64,000 nucleotides of DNA from a virus (IMGVR_UViG_2645727545_000002:64001-128000), one strand, 5' to 3'. Counted from the first letter of the stretch, positions 9,238 through 19,344 are shown. A program made the numbers and translations. Notes: a model not told the origin generated them from the sequence alone.

Positions 9238-9597
9238 CTATAATCCCATCAAATCTTTTCCGACACTAACACCATAAGTTTCTTCAAACCACTCCCAAAT
9301 TTCCTCTCGGTGTGTTCCTGCGGCAAATCCGTTCCACTCTTCCTCAATACATTCTGTTTCAGGATTCATTGGAACGTCTCCGAATTCTAACCACAAATTC
9401 TCGATATATTCTGCACGCCTGTATTCAAAGCTATCGTTCAGACCACGATTAACGATACATGCTAAATCAGCATCTGTGATTAAGAATTTCCGTTCTGTGC
9501 AATAGTCCATTATCGCATTGTATTCCTTATCACAAAATTCTGTATCATCTTCAATCTGATCAATTTTCAGTTCTTTTAGATATTCTCTTAATGACAT
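9238..9597 (-). CDS. Hypothetical protein
   Basis: FGDVPMNPETECIEEEW...GTHREEIWEWFEE; likely start MSLREY. Confidence 0.65.
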   Translation of the reverse strand: MSLREYLKELKIDQIEDDTEFCDKEYNAIMDYCTERKFLITDADLACIVNRGLNDSFEYRRAEYIENLWLEFGDVPMNPETECIEEEWNGFAAGTHREEIWEWFEETYGVSVGKDLMGL

Positions 9598-9598
9598 A

Positions 9599-9808
9599 CT
9601 ATTTTCCCTCTTTCCAATGTTCCATATCTTCATTTTTCAATGCGATCATTTCCAACATTTGCAGCGTACTGAAACATTCATTTTGTTTTAAAATTTCCAG
9701 TTCTTCTGTGATACACTTTACTTCTTCATCTTTGTATTCTAAAGAGTCCGCATAATCCATATCTAAAGACAGATTATATAATATTTTCGCAATTTTCTGT
9801 GTGTCCAT
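9599..9808 (-). CDS. Hypothetical protein
   Basis: 69-aa ORF with SD. Confidence 0.65.
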   Translation of the reverse strand: MDTQKIAKILYNLSLDMDYADSLEYKDEEVKCITEELEILKQNECFSTLQMLEMIALKNEDMEHWKEGK

Positions 9809-9835
9809 GTTGTTTCCCTCTCTAAAATCTGTATT

Positions 9836-10048
9836 TCAATTAGAATCGCTTATTGCACACGAATCAGCTATGAAAAGTTTTCCATTATATATACTTGCAT
9901 TTGTATCACTGTCTTGATACATTCTTTCATTTTGAAAATCGTAATTACTATATCCCTCACAACAAACAAAAACTTGCGTATCGTCTGACATATCTTTAAT
10001 AAATTCTCTTAATTCCCCTACTGTCACTATTTTCTTATTTTCGTTCAT
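9836..10048 (-). CDS. Hypothetical protein
   Basis: TVGELREFIKDMSDDTQV, a common small phage-protein pattern. Confidence 0.65.
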   Translation of the reverse strand: MNENKKIVTVGELREFIKDMSDDTQVFVCCEGYSNYDFQNERMYQDSDTNASIYNGKLFIADSCAISDSN

Positions 10049-10519
10049 AATCTTTCCATCCTATCATGTAAATTTTATAAAAATTCATTCCCGGTAATCA
10101 CAAGCAGCACATTATATAACACTCTGAAGCAATCCTTATTATATTCTTTCTGTGCCATTGCTTGTAAAAGTGTTACAACGCATTTTATTTGATGCTATAA
10201 TTTGCAGAATTCGGAAAATTAAAAACATCCCATTTTTAGCCTTGTTATAACGGTAATAATTTTTTCTATTACTGTTATAACAAGGATTCCGGGGGTTCGG
10301 GGGATGGAAGATCCCCGTATTATTTCTGCACTATTTATTTTTCTGAAAATGGCATATTATAATGTGCTGATCAACATAAAAGATCTAAACCATTTTTCAA
10401 TTCTTGTTTCAATTCTTCTGATCGTTCCAGATTAGATAATTCAATCAACTGTTCTACCACATCTTCAATGTCATAATATGAATTTTCTCTGTACTGCTTT
10501 AGTTCTTCCATAATCATTT

Positions 10520-10774
10520 TTATACTTTTTCACCTTTTCTTTCTAATAAGTTAATTCCTTTATCAAGTAGATAAAATGTATCTGCTTGAATTGATTTACA
10601 TCCTTTATCTACATATCCTAATTCACATAGTTTTATTAATTTTCTATATGTAGTTGGTCTTGATGTTTTTGTAATTTTCATAATTTCCTGAATTGTCATA
10701 CCCTCAATAAAATTAGTACACTCATTCTTTTTCAGTAACTTCATAATAACAACGTCTAATCTGCTAATTTCCAT
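10520..10774 (-). CDS. Winged-helix DNA-binding protein
   Basis: MTIQEIMKITKTSRPTTYRKLIKLCELGYV. Confidence 0.7.
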   Translation of the reverse strand: MEISRLDVVIMKLLKKNECTNFIEGMTIQEIMKITKTSRPTTYRKLIKLCELGYVDKGCKSIQADTFYLLDKGINLLERKGEKV

Positions 10775-10824
10775 TATTTCTCTACCCTTTTCACTTTATC
10801 GTTTGAAAGCGTTCTTTTATTGTG

Positions 10825-11064
10825 TTACTGGATATAGGCAATCAGATTATTTTCTGTTTCGTCTGCAATCTGATAATCTAACCACCATTCGTGTATGGTT
10901 TCTTCTAACTGTTCTTTAGATATTGTACGCTTTAGATCATCCACTTTAGGCTTTAATTTTTCCGTTTCATATTCAACTACGAGACGTTCCTGTTCTAACG
11001 TCATGTCATCGTATGTAATAGTTTTTAATAACGATTCAATTAGTTTTGTTTTAATTTCTTCCAT
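10825..11064 (-). CDS. Hypothetical protein
   Basis: AAGGAG SD before MEEIK. Confidence 0.6.
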   Translation of the reverse strand: MEEIKTKLIESLLKTITYDDMTLEQERLVVEYETEKLKPKVDDLKRTISKEQLEETIHEWWLDYQIADETENNLIAYIQ

Positions 11065-11097
11065 AGTAATGTCTCCTTTCAAAAGATATAGCAGCCG

Positions 11098-12266
11098 TTA
11101 AGCTGCTCTATCAAGTTGTGTTTTAAAATTTTCAATATAATTTTCTCCAGCAATATTGATCGGAAGAATCAAGAAATTGTACCCGTTTCCATCAATGTAC
11201 ATTGGAGCATTTCCTTGGCTTCCTCTGAATACCGGATTCTCTGAATCAATAACTGATAATGCATCCATAAGATAATGTGAATTGAATCCAATAAATAAGT
11301 CCTCGTCCATTACAAGATTTTTCGTTTCAATCTCGTCAAAAGTTTGATATCTGGAAGTCTGCAAATATGTGTAAAGTTTTCCGTTCTCACTATGAAAGAT
11401 AGTAGGTTTCTTTTCTTCTTTTACCATATCTGCGTTATACTTCATAATTTTTAACATTTCTTCCCTATCAGCATTGAATACAAAATCTCTGCTATCGCAC
11501 AACATCTGTTCAATATTGAAATATTGTCCATCAATTCTTCTGATAACGTATGTAAAATCTTTTCCGGAAATTCTGATATATTTCTGATCCTGATATACTT
11601 TGACTCCCGCATCTGATTTTTTATCCATGATTTTCTTGAATACTGGCAAGCATTTCACATGGAGTTTTACAGTGTCAAATGGATTTTCCGTCACTGTTAT
11701 AATCTCCTGGCTATCAAGTGATCTCATCCCAATTCTGCGATTGTCCATAGCCTCTACACGCTTCCGCTTTGTGTTGAAGTTGAATACATTCAGCATTTTA
11801 TTAACGTCATCTCCTGTAACAAATAAAGAAAGATTGGCGATTGTTTCCAATAACCAACTCTCCGTTGTTGTAATAATGTGCGCTTCTGTATCATCCATTG
11901 CTGGAAGAAAAATATCTGTATTCGCATACCGTGGAATAGTAACAATCTTTTTTCCGCACTTTATGTTTATTCTCTGCTGCATTTCCGCGCTAACATCTTC
12001 CAGCGTAACATCTCCGCTCATTTTGGAAATGATCTTGATATCGTCAATGTCAATCCCCAAACGCCTGGACTTGTGTTCCATGTGTTGTCTGTCTTGACTT
12101 CTGCAAAATGTTCCATATCAGTTCCCCACATTTTCACCGTTCCATCTTCTTCGACCTGAATATATAACTTTTTCAAGCTGTCAAGTGTTGCTTTCTTGTT
12201 AATAGCTGCCATTCCTTTTCTCATAATTTCTTTTAAATCTTTTGCATTCATTGTAAATTTTAACAT
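11098..12266 (-). CDS. dnaN: DNA polymerase III beta sliding clamp homologue (one frameshift at ~12060)
   Basis: N-terminal MLKFTMNAKDL...GTDMEH and C-terminal IGFNSHYLMDALSVI...FLILPI clamp motifs. Confidence 0.75.
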
Positions 12267-12305
12267 TATTACCTCTCCTGCTCCTTATATAAAACATCAC
12301 TTTCC

Positions 12306-12593
12306 TTATTGCACGAATTCGATTTCCCACACATTAGATTGTTTGCAAACACCATCTTCAAATTTCCAATCAGAGGACTTTCCGTATTCTATCCAACTTC
12401 CTTTTCCATTGTTAGCTAATGTAATTTTGCTACCTGGTTTTCCATCTTCAATACTGTAAAATCCGTTTGTCTGTACTACATTCGGCTTTCTAATCTGCCC
12501 CTCACATTCTGATCTGATATAGTGTTTTCTAATAATAAATTTACGTCCCTCTTTGATTACTCTTTTTAACTGTGCTAAATTTTTAATTTCCAT
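12306..12593 (-). CDS. Hypothetical protein
   Basis: 95-aa ORF with GGAGG SD. Confidence 0.7.
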   Translation of the reverse strand: MEIKNLAQLKRVIKEGRKFIIRKHYIRSECEGQIRKPNVVQTNGFYSIEDGKPGSKITLANNGKGSWIEYGKSSDWKFEDGVCKQSNVWEIEFVQ

Positions 12594-12612
12594 GTTTATT
12601 TCCTCCCAATAA

Positions 12613-12795
12613 CTAATCCCTGTTACAATAATCTAAAAAAGCGCCTATTGTTTCTTCTGCTTCGCACCTAGTCAAATATCTTCGCTTTTTACTTTTCTTT
12701 CTATGTAATGGTAATCCACACATCTTGCGTTCATTATTTCTTAATAACATTTTGTCCGTTTTTTGTTTCTTCCTGGTATTTATGTTCATACTCAT
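12613..12795 (-). CDS. Small basic protein
   Basis: GAGGTG SD; 60 aa. Confidence 0.55.
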   Translation of the reverse strand: MSMNINTRKKQKTDKMLLRNNERKMCGLPLHRKKSKKRRYLTRCEAEETIGAFLDYCNRD

Positions 12796-13017
12796 TTCAC
12801 CTCTTAAAATCGTGCTTTCATCTTATTTACATTTTCATACACTCAATACAATTTTCAGCAATGTTACTCTCTGTTTTCCACTCGTCAATTCCAATACAAC
12901 GATTTTCACATGTTTCTTTCTCGTTACAACAAATACAACATTTTTTACATTTATCATTTTCTGGAACTGATATATCAATTAAGCATCTAAGCATTTTTAC
13001 TACCTCTCTATTTAAAA

Positions 13018-13500
13018 TTATCTTTTCATAGGTATCAATTCATCTTTATCAGCCACAAATTGATTAGCATTTTTTCTGTCGTTACAGTTTGGAAAATCAT
13101 CAACAGACACTTTTACTCTATCCATTGTTTCTAGCCCAATAACAGTAACAATTTTCCCGCAATGAGGATGTTCTACTTCAACCTGCTTCGTTGCTCTATT
13201 CATAGGATGCCATATAAATTTCATTCCTTCTTTGTATTCCAAACCATCTTTCATGTACTCTTTGCCTTGCCACTTATCAAAAGGAGTCCAATCATTTACT
13301 ACAAAACCACATCCATAAAAAGAACCTTCTGATACAAGATAATAATTTCCAGCTTTGCATACTCCAAAATCTTTCTTACAATAAATAACTTCACTTCCAT
13401 CAATGAAAAAATATTTTTTTAAATCCTGATATCCATAATCTTTTCTTTTATTACTAAATCTATAGGAATTACATTTCCAATTTTTAAATCTTTCCATCAT
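13018..13500 (-). CDS. Hypothetical protein
   Basis: 160-aa ORF flanked on both sides by the junction palindrome. Confidence 0.7.
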   Translation of the reverse strand: MMERFKNWKCNSYRFSNKRKDYGYQDLKKYFFIDGSEVIYCKKDFGVCKAGNYYLVSEGSFYGCGFVVNDWTPFDKWQGKEYMKDGLEYKEGMKFIWHPMNRATKQVEVEHPHCGKIVTVIGLETMDRVKVSVDDFPNCNDRKNANQFVADKDELIPMKR

Positions 13501-13584
13501 TATTTCCTCCTAATAAAATCATTATTTGTTTCCATAACATACGGAACAGCAAAAAGCTGTTCCTGACTGTTCCAAAGTTCTACG

Positions 13585-14226
13585 TTATTCAACAGATACA
13601 CAGATTGAAGAATCTAAAGAACAAAACGGACGAACCCCACAAACGTTCCAATCGCAACCGTAGTAGCGCACGAAACCATCACAGTAAACAACCTGAACAT
13701 AGGAAGATGAACACCCGTCTGGTGTATCTAACCAAAACGGTTTTTCATTTTCTGTCCTAAACATACCATTCTTTCTGGCTTTTCTGTAATCATCAAAAGT
13801 TCCTAAATGTACTTTACAATTACATGTTCCGTAAGTGTCCAACCCATCCATAGAAAGTAAATCAACTGTATCTAATAATACATTTTCTTTTCCAAATCCT
13901 TTGTAGATATCAGACAGAATTTTCCCATTTTCATCATTCAGTACATTCTTGATTTCAGAAGTTCTAAAGTCATTTGACCCATTGTCAAATTTATAAGTTC
14001 CGTCAATAAGCTCTTTTTTCCAAACTTTGGTTCTATTGTTCTCAATATCCTGTTCCACCACATACCATTCATTTCCAATGTCGTCTACAATCACGTTTCC
14101 AACCTTGCATTCATAAAGTGGTTTGCTCTGTCTTATTCCTAAAGATTTCCTTAATTCTTCCGTTAATTCGATCACCAGGTTATTTCCTTCTACTTTTACA
14201 TTTGTCTTATTTACTTCGATATTCAT
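13585..14226 (-). CDS. DUF6273-like C-type-lectin-fold protein; probable DGR target
   Basis: FWLDTPD...GVRPF C-terminus with NNY-codon-rich variable-looking segment; hairpin GGAACAGC/GCTGTTCC just downstream. Confidence 0.7.
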   Translation of the reverse strand: MNIEVNKTNVKVEGNNLVIELTEELRKSLGIRQSKPLYECKVGNVIVDDIGNEWYVVEQDIENNRTKVWKKELIDGTYKFDNGSNDFRTSEIKNVLNDENGKILSDIYKGFGKENVLLDTVDLLSMDGLDTYGTCNCKVHLGTFDDYRKARKNGMFRTENEKPFWLDTPDGCSSSYVQVVYCDGFVRYYGCDWNVCGVRPFCSLDSSICVSVE

Positions 14227-14258
14227 AATATTTTCCTCTACTTTCTTTCTAATAATTC

Positions 14259-14507
14259 TTACTTACAAAATGGTTTCCAGTACACGATCAGCGCCACACC
14301 TAATACAGTAATATATACTTTTGCATCCGTTTCTGTCATAAACAACGCGATAAGAAGCAAAATCAATCCAGAAAACTTTTGAAAGTTCAGTCTGCGCTTC
14401 CACCGTTTAAACTTCTGGCTCGTAGCAGCTATAACATATCCTTCTAACCATTCTTTATTATGTTTCTTCCATTCTTTTTCCGTCATAACTGTTTCAATCA
14501 CATTCAT
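14259..14507 (-). CDS. Small membrane protein (two TM segments)
   Basis: Hydrophobic LILLLIALFM and ITVLGVALIVYW. Confidence 0.65.
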   Translation of the reverse strand: MNVIETVMTEKEWKKHNKEWLEGYVIAATSQKFKRWKRRLNFQKFSGLILLLIALFMTETDAKVYITVLGVALIVYWKPFCK

Positions 14508-14749
14508 TTCTTATTTCCTCCATTCCTCATATACTTGTTCACTACGTTGTTATACTCCCATTTTTCCACCACTGATACACTGCCTTTTGTTCTTACTGTA
14601 CAATATTTCTTTCCGTCAATTGTAAATTCGCTCAAAATCTCCATTGTATTATTCTCCTTTTGTTGTTGTGTTTATTTGTTGTATTTTTTATTTCCCTGAA
14701 ATCATTCTGCAAGCTGTGACACTCACAGAACGTAATATGTAAGTTTTTC

Positions 14750-15694
14750 TTATGCAGTCTTTGCTACTGCTTTTCTTGATGTTCTTTTTCGTGTTGTCTT
14801 AGACTCAATTGCCAGAATATCAATATTTCTTTCGATCACACCGGAAAGGAAATCAAATAATGAATCTTGCCACTTCTCTGATAAATTATCATTAAAATAT
14901 TTACTTCCTTTACAGTTATTCAACAGAACTCTTTCCATGTCTGTCTCTCTTCCAGAGTAGTAGGCATATAATTTTCTAAATACTCTTAATACTTTCGCGC
15001 TGAATGCCTTTCCTTCGCGATAAGTTTTACCTCCGTTCCATTGTAGTTTTACGATAAGTTGTAAAATTCTGTCTAATAAATCCGGACAAACTCTCGACAT
15101 CTTTGCACCGTCAGAGACAGAAGTTAAAATACCAATAGGATTTTTTACTGGGTTCCTGTCTCCCTTAACAGCAATGTGGTTTCTGTCACAGATAGATTTT
15201 AATGTAACATATTCTTCTTTTTTAGCTACAAGCGCCGCACTGTAGATATCGACAGGAGTCATGGTTTTTCGATCGTCTTGCTGTGACAAGAATAAGTCAA
15301 CCGCTTCTGCTTCTGTAATTCCGATCAATACTTCAACCTGAATCAATTTCATGTTTCCAAAATAAGCGCCAATGATTCTGTGCATACCGTCAACAACATA
15401 AAATTTATCATTCTTGCACATAATCTTAGGCAAATCCCACTTATAAGAGCTAAATTCAGATCCGATTTTCTTTGCAATAGATACCCTTAATTCTCTTTGC
15501 CAGTTTGGTACATGGATAAGCAATGGATTAATGCTGATAATTGCCTTTTCTCTTCCATCATGTTTCGATCTTGCTTCTTCCATCTTGTCAGATACGATCA
15601 TTCTTTCTCCAACTTCAATGATATTGTTTAGCATTCTTGCTTCATTCATCATTGTTTCCACTTCCATAGGTTCAAGTTTTCCGTTTCTACTCAT
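14750..15694 (-). CDS. ParB/Srx-like (DUF6551-like) protein
   Basis: WQREL...FYVVDGMHRI motif; AAGGAG SD before MSRNGK. Confidence 0.7.
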   Translation of the reverse strand: MSRNGKLEPMEVETMMNEARMLNNIIEVGERMIVSDKMEEARSKHDGREKAIISINPLLIHVPNWQRELRVSIAKKIGSEFSSYKWDLPKIMCKNDKFYVVDGMHRIIGAYFGNMKLIQVEVLIGITEAEAVDLFLSQQDDRKTMTPVDIYSAALVAKKEEYVTLKSICDRNHIAVKGDRNPVKNPIGILTSVSDGAKMSRVCPDLLDRILQLIVKLQWNGGKTYREGKAFSAKVLRVFRKLYAYYSGRETDMERVLLNNCKGSKYFNDNLSEKWQDSLFDFLSGVIERNIDILAIESKTTRKRTSRKAVAKTA

Positions 15695-15762
15695 TTTTCT
15701 AATCTCCTTTAATATGTAAAGTTTTCTATAATAAAAAGCACCTGTATAATTACAAGTGCTTT

Positions 15763-15981
15763 CTATACGTATACATCTATGTTGCATTGTCGTTCTTCAT
15801 TTTCGATATGAACATCTATCCATGTTCTACCGCGTCTGTATGAACTGCTTCCCAAAATATCCAGTGTTACGAGAGGATTCTCCCGAATCTGCTCACACTC
15901 TTCATTCGTTAGTATATTCTTATCCAAGGCTTCCAATTCATCAAACGTATAATCTGCTAAAGATTTTCCTACTGTTATCAT
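15763..15981 (-). CDS. Hypothetical protein
   Basis: AAGGAG SD before MIMITVGK. Confidence 0.6.
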   Translation of the reverse strand: MITVGKSLADYTFDELEALDKNILTNEECEQIRENPLVTLDILGSSSYRRGRTWIDVHIENEERQCNIDVYV

Positions 15982-16113
15982 AATCATGGCTCCTTTCCTT
16001 CTGCTTCGTTTCGCTTCTTTCAACCGAGATCAGCTCAATCTTGTGTTTCCTCTGTGTAATATTGATCAACTGTATCTGATGCTTGTTATAAAAATTTTCC
16101 ATCATGTCTCTTC

Positions 16114-16491
16114 CTATTCCATTCTTTCCGCTTTCGTATTTGTTGTATATGGCTCTTTGCTGATTATCCAATCACCTACAGATAGATATACTTTTTCATC
16201 ATCGTTCCAGGTTTCCCAACCTTTTATATCATTTACATTGATATATCCGCTATCCGGTGTAACGTCTGTTTCGATATAATAGCCAGTTCCGTCCGTAAAA
16301 TTTAACTCCAATCCCTCTGTTCCTATAGTAACGCTTTCGATTTCTTCTGTATCGATATATGTCTCCGGCATTTCTGTGACTGTTTCTTGAGCTTGTTCCG
16401 ATGTGTTTTCAATCGAGTTTCTTCCTATTATAAATGTGGTAAAAGAAATAATTGCAACAGCACCGATATATAATATTTTCCGCTTCATCAT
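16114..16491 (-). CDS. Membrane-anchored or secreted hypothetical protein
   Basis: N-terminal signal/TM segment KILYIGAVAIISFTTFIIG. Confidence 0.7.
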   Translation of the reverse strand: MMKRKILYIGAVAIISFTTFIIGRNSIENTSEQAQETVTEMPETYIDTEEIESVTIGTEGLELNFTDGTGYYIETDVTPDSGYINVNDIKGWETWNDDEKVYLSVGDWIISKEPYTTNTKAERME

Positions 16492-16767
16492 TCAAACCTC
16501 TTTCTATAAATCCTTTACGTTTCCGACTACTTCCCAATCTGTTATTGAGTCCGTTGTATTTAGCTTTTCCAGTGGTAGACGCTCAATATTTCCATTTCCG
16601 GCATTATATGTATATCTGTATTTCCGTGTATCAATGATTGATTCACTGACAACACGTCTTAAAAATCTATTTGTCATAGTTTATTTCTCCTTACTATGCG
16701 TAAATTTTCCCATTTGTGCCTGTTTTATAATTCTTAAAGATAACAACTGGATTTTTAAAACAGTTCT

Positions 16768-17265
16768 CTAAATCATCAATATACCTACTGTCAAAGCAGC
16801 CATATTTTGATTTTTGTAATTTTTACATTTTTTATTATCTTCAAGAGTTTCTTTTATTTCCTCTTCTTTTAAATCCTGCCAACCTTCAAAAATCATCATA
16901 GAACAGTTATAGAAGAGTTTTCTATATTGTGTTCTTTTTCGGTATGGTGTAAAAATCATTTCCATAACATCACTATACTGTGCATATGTTTTTGCTTTCA
17001 TGGAATGGAAAGTAATTTTTTGAGCTACTGGGAAGCCGAATTCGTTCAGATATACAAGTGTATATCTTTTTCCTTCCTGTAATTTGTTATAAAGTGCTTT
17101 CTGTAATGGTTCCGCGTATTTCATAAACAGATCATCAAATACTTTGATAGCTTCGATTTCCGTTGATACTGTTTTACTTTCTAATTCTTCGTCATCTTCA
17201 TACATTGCCATGATTTCAAATTCTCCGAAAATCTCACAGGCATCAATGATTGTTTTCTTTCCCAT
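16768..17265 (-). CDS. Hypothetical protein (3' end probably frameshifted)
   Basis: GGAGG SD before MGKKT. Confidence 0.6.
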   Translation of the reverse strand: MGKKTIIDACEIFGEFEIMAMYEDDEELESKTVSTEIEAIKVFDDLFMKYAEPLQKALYNKLQEGKRYTLVYLNEFGFPVAQKITFHSMKAKTYAQYSDVMEMIFTPYRKRTQYRKLFYNCSMMIFEGWQDLKEEEIKETLEDNKKCKNYKNQNMAALTVGILMI

Positions 17266-17733
17266 TGTATACCCTCCTTTTAACTCTTCGTGTTTGATTG
17301 TTCTTTTTAACATTCTATTTTCCTCCTATTTTACTTGTGTATGCTTTTCCGCTTATAAAAAAGACAAATGTTCAAATTAGAATTAAAACTATCTTCTAAA
17401 TGATCCATATTGCCCACTTTTATAAGCGGAAAATTTCCGCCTATATTCTATATTAGGTCTATTAATCTTACTCCATGATATTCTGATAATTTTATGATTT
17501 TTTTAAATCCATTTTCAATCATCCAATTTTTCAAAAACTTTTTTCGTTGTTTTAAATTTTGTAGATCCGAAAAATGGAAACGGATTATAACCGCTTATCT
17601 CTATCCATTCCTCTGTATTTGTGCTTTTTATCCACACATTAGTTATTTTACCGTCCTTAATCCATTTTGTCTGTTTGATTGTCATTATCTTTTCCTCCTA
17701 ATATGTAATAATTCTATTTAAAAGTAGAAAAAC

Positions 17734-18402
17734 TTATACTTCTACTGTAAAAATCCTTCCTTTATCCCAATTTGCTTTTTGTAAAGCCTGATCAGATACA
17801 GATATTCTTACTTCTAATTCGCCATTATTATTGATATAATAGCTAGTATTATCATATTTTTGATTGAACAATTTTGAAAAATATTTCTTCATGTCCTCTA
17901 CTTTTTCAATTCTTTTTTCCGTCAATTCCTTGTTATAGTTAAATTCATCACCGTAATTATATCCTGCAAATGTATCTCGTTTCCCATCTGAAAAAACTCT
18001 GAACCCTGCCAAATCATCAAGTATAACTATTTCATCGAAATCAGCGTTGCAATATTTATTAACAAAATTTAAAATATTTTCTTTAGTGTATTTAACTTTT
18101 TCGATGTTGGAATTTCTTTCGCATTCTAATCTTGATTTATTGCAATCATCAATTTTCGGATCATCTGTAATATAATGACAATAATCGCAAGTCAAGTAAC
18201 CTTTTTCCGAAATTGTTTTCGGTTGTTTTAATTTCCTTCCGTTCTTACCATATTCAACAACTGTATGTTTGTAACCGCTTATAAATTCAATATAAATCTT
18301 TTTTCCTTCTTTATTAGTAAATGCTGTTCTGATTCTACAATTTTCCACGTCATTACATGGTACCCAACCTGCACCTTCAAAATACAATACTTTCTTGCTC
18401 AT
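17734..18402 (-). CDS. Conserved hypothetical phage protein
   Basis: LYFEGAG...NCRIRTAFTN..GKKIYIE. Confidence 0.7.
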   Translation of the reverse strand: MSKKVLYFEGAGWVPCNDVENCRIRTAFTNKEGKKIYIEFISGYKHTVVEYGKNGRKLKQPKTISEKGYLTCDYCHYITDDPKIDDCNKSRLECERNSNIEKVKYTKENILNFVNKYCNADFDEIVILDDLAGFRVFSDGKRDTFAGYNYGDEFNYNKELTEKRIEKVEDMKKYFSKLFNQKYDNTSYYINNNGELEVRISVSDQALQKANWDKGRIFTVEV

Positions 18403-18479
18403 AATTTCCACCTTTTTAACCTTTCTTTTATATATCTGCTTTGTTATTCTCTGTACATCGCTGAATTATCTCAAATTTT

Positions 18480-18905
18480 TTATATTTCCAAATCATCCAT
18501 TGACTCACTATAAAGCGATTTGTATTTTACCTGCATGTTTCCGTATTCATCATATATGCTGTTACGCTCTGAATGAGTGTGTATAATGCTTGTAAACTGC
18601 ATAATGTTGTATAAATGTTTTCCCTCCTTTGAAAATACTTTATGAGGAATATATAAGGCTCTTCCAATACAATTTTTAAATAAATCATATTCAGCGCCGT
18701 AGAATGATTCTTTACTAAAAGAACATACATTTTTTAGCGCATCATTCTTGATTATATCTTTTTCCCATTCCTCAAGATTTATATTATCCAGTTCTGAGAA
18801 GTCAAACAGTGTTTTAGTAGTTGCAAGATTATTTTCCGCTATTAATAAATTATTTTCCTCCGCTGTCTTCTTTACTGTTTTAAAAAGTTTATATTGCTTT
18901 GTCAT
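18480..18905 (-). CDS. Hypothetical protein
   Basis: AAGGAGG SD before MTKQY. Confidence 0.65.
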   Translation of the reverse strand: MTKQYKLFKTVKKTAEENNLLIAENNLATTKTLFDFSELDNINLEEWEKDIIKNDALKNVCSFSKESFYGAEYDLFKNCIGRALYIPHKVFSKEGKHLYNIMQFTSIIHTHSERNSIYDEYGNMQVKYKSLYSESMDDLEI

Positions 18906-18918
18906 AAATTTTTCCTCC

Positions 18919-19128
18919 TTACCATTTATAAATATTTCCTTCAAAGTCATATAAAATTACTGTTTCTCCATCATCAGCAAGTTCCCATTGTGAAATATTT
19001 TCCAATGCATACTCCATTCGCTCAATGTGTGATTCTGGCTTTGCATGATCTGATGTGTTTTTTCCAACAAAAAAGCAACCGATTGCAACGGCTGCTAAAG
19101 TGACTATATATGCAATTTTCTTTTTCAT
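18919..19128 (-). CDS. Small membrane-anchored protein (N-terminus resembles 16114-16491)
   Basis: MKKKIAYIVTLAAVAIGCFFVGKN. Confidence 0.65.
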   Translation of the reverse strand: MKKKIAYIVTLAAVAIGCFFVGKNTSDHAKPESHIERMEYALENISQWELADDGETVILYDFEGNIYKW

Positions 19129-19147
19129 ATGTTTTTCCTCCATTTTA

Positions 19148-19330
19148 TTATCTATGTAATATTAATCCACTTTTTATCATGTCAAAAAACCATTCCTGAA
19201 AGTCATGGTATTCTGTTTTATCTACAATATCACGATAAACCTCTTTGAGCTGATCCTCTGTGAATGATCTGTCCATTACTTCCGGAAGTGATTCCCGGTT
19301 ATCTTCAGAAAAATAATATTTGTTTACCAT
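19148..19330 (-). CDS. Hypothetical protein, first gene of the leftward operon
   Basis: AAGGAG SD; 60 aa. Confidence 0.7.
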   Translation of the reverse strand: MVNKYYFSEDNRESLPEVMDRSFTEDQLKEVYRDIVDKTEYHDFQEWFFDMIKSGLILHR

Positions 19331-19344
19331 CGTCTTAATCTCCT

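Larger units (their letters stand above)
1488..13530. repeat. Dispersed 18-bp imperfect palindrome WTRAAA-N6-TTTYAW at gene junctions
   Basis: Copies at 1488, 2721, 3708, 7952, 8227, 8510, 8724, 8921, 9822, 10803, 12289, 12804, 13012 and 13513. A 5-nt-spacer variant lies at ~6463. Confidence 0.75.

Noticed and set aside
16755-17400. Further junction-palindrome copies (TTAAAA-cagttc-TCTAAA, TTAAAA-ctatct-TCTAAA) and half-sites at ~6199 and ~14696
   Set aside because: The right arm deviates too far from consensus to count without a PWM.
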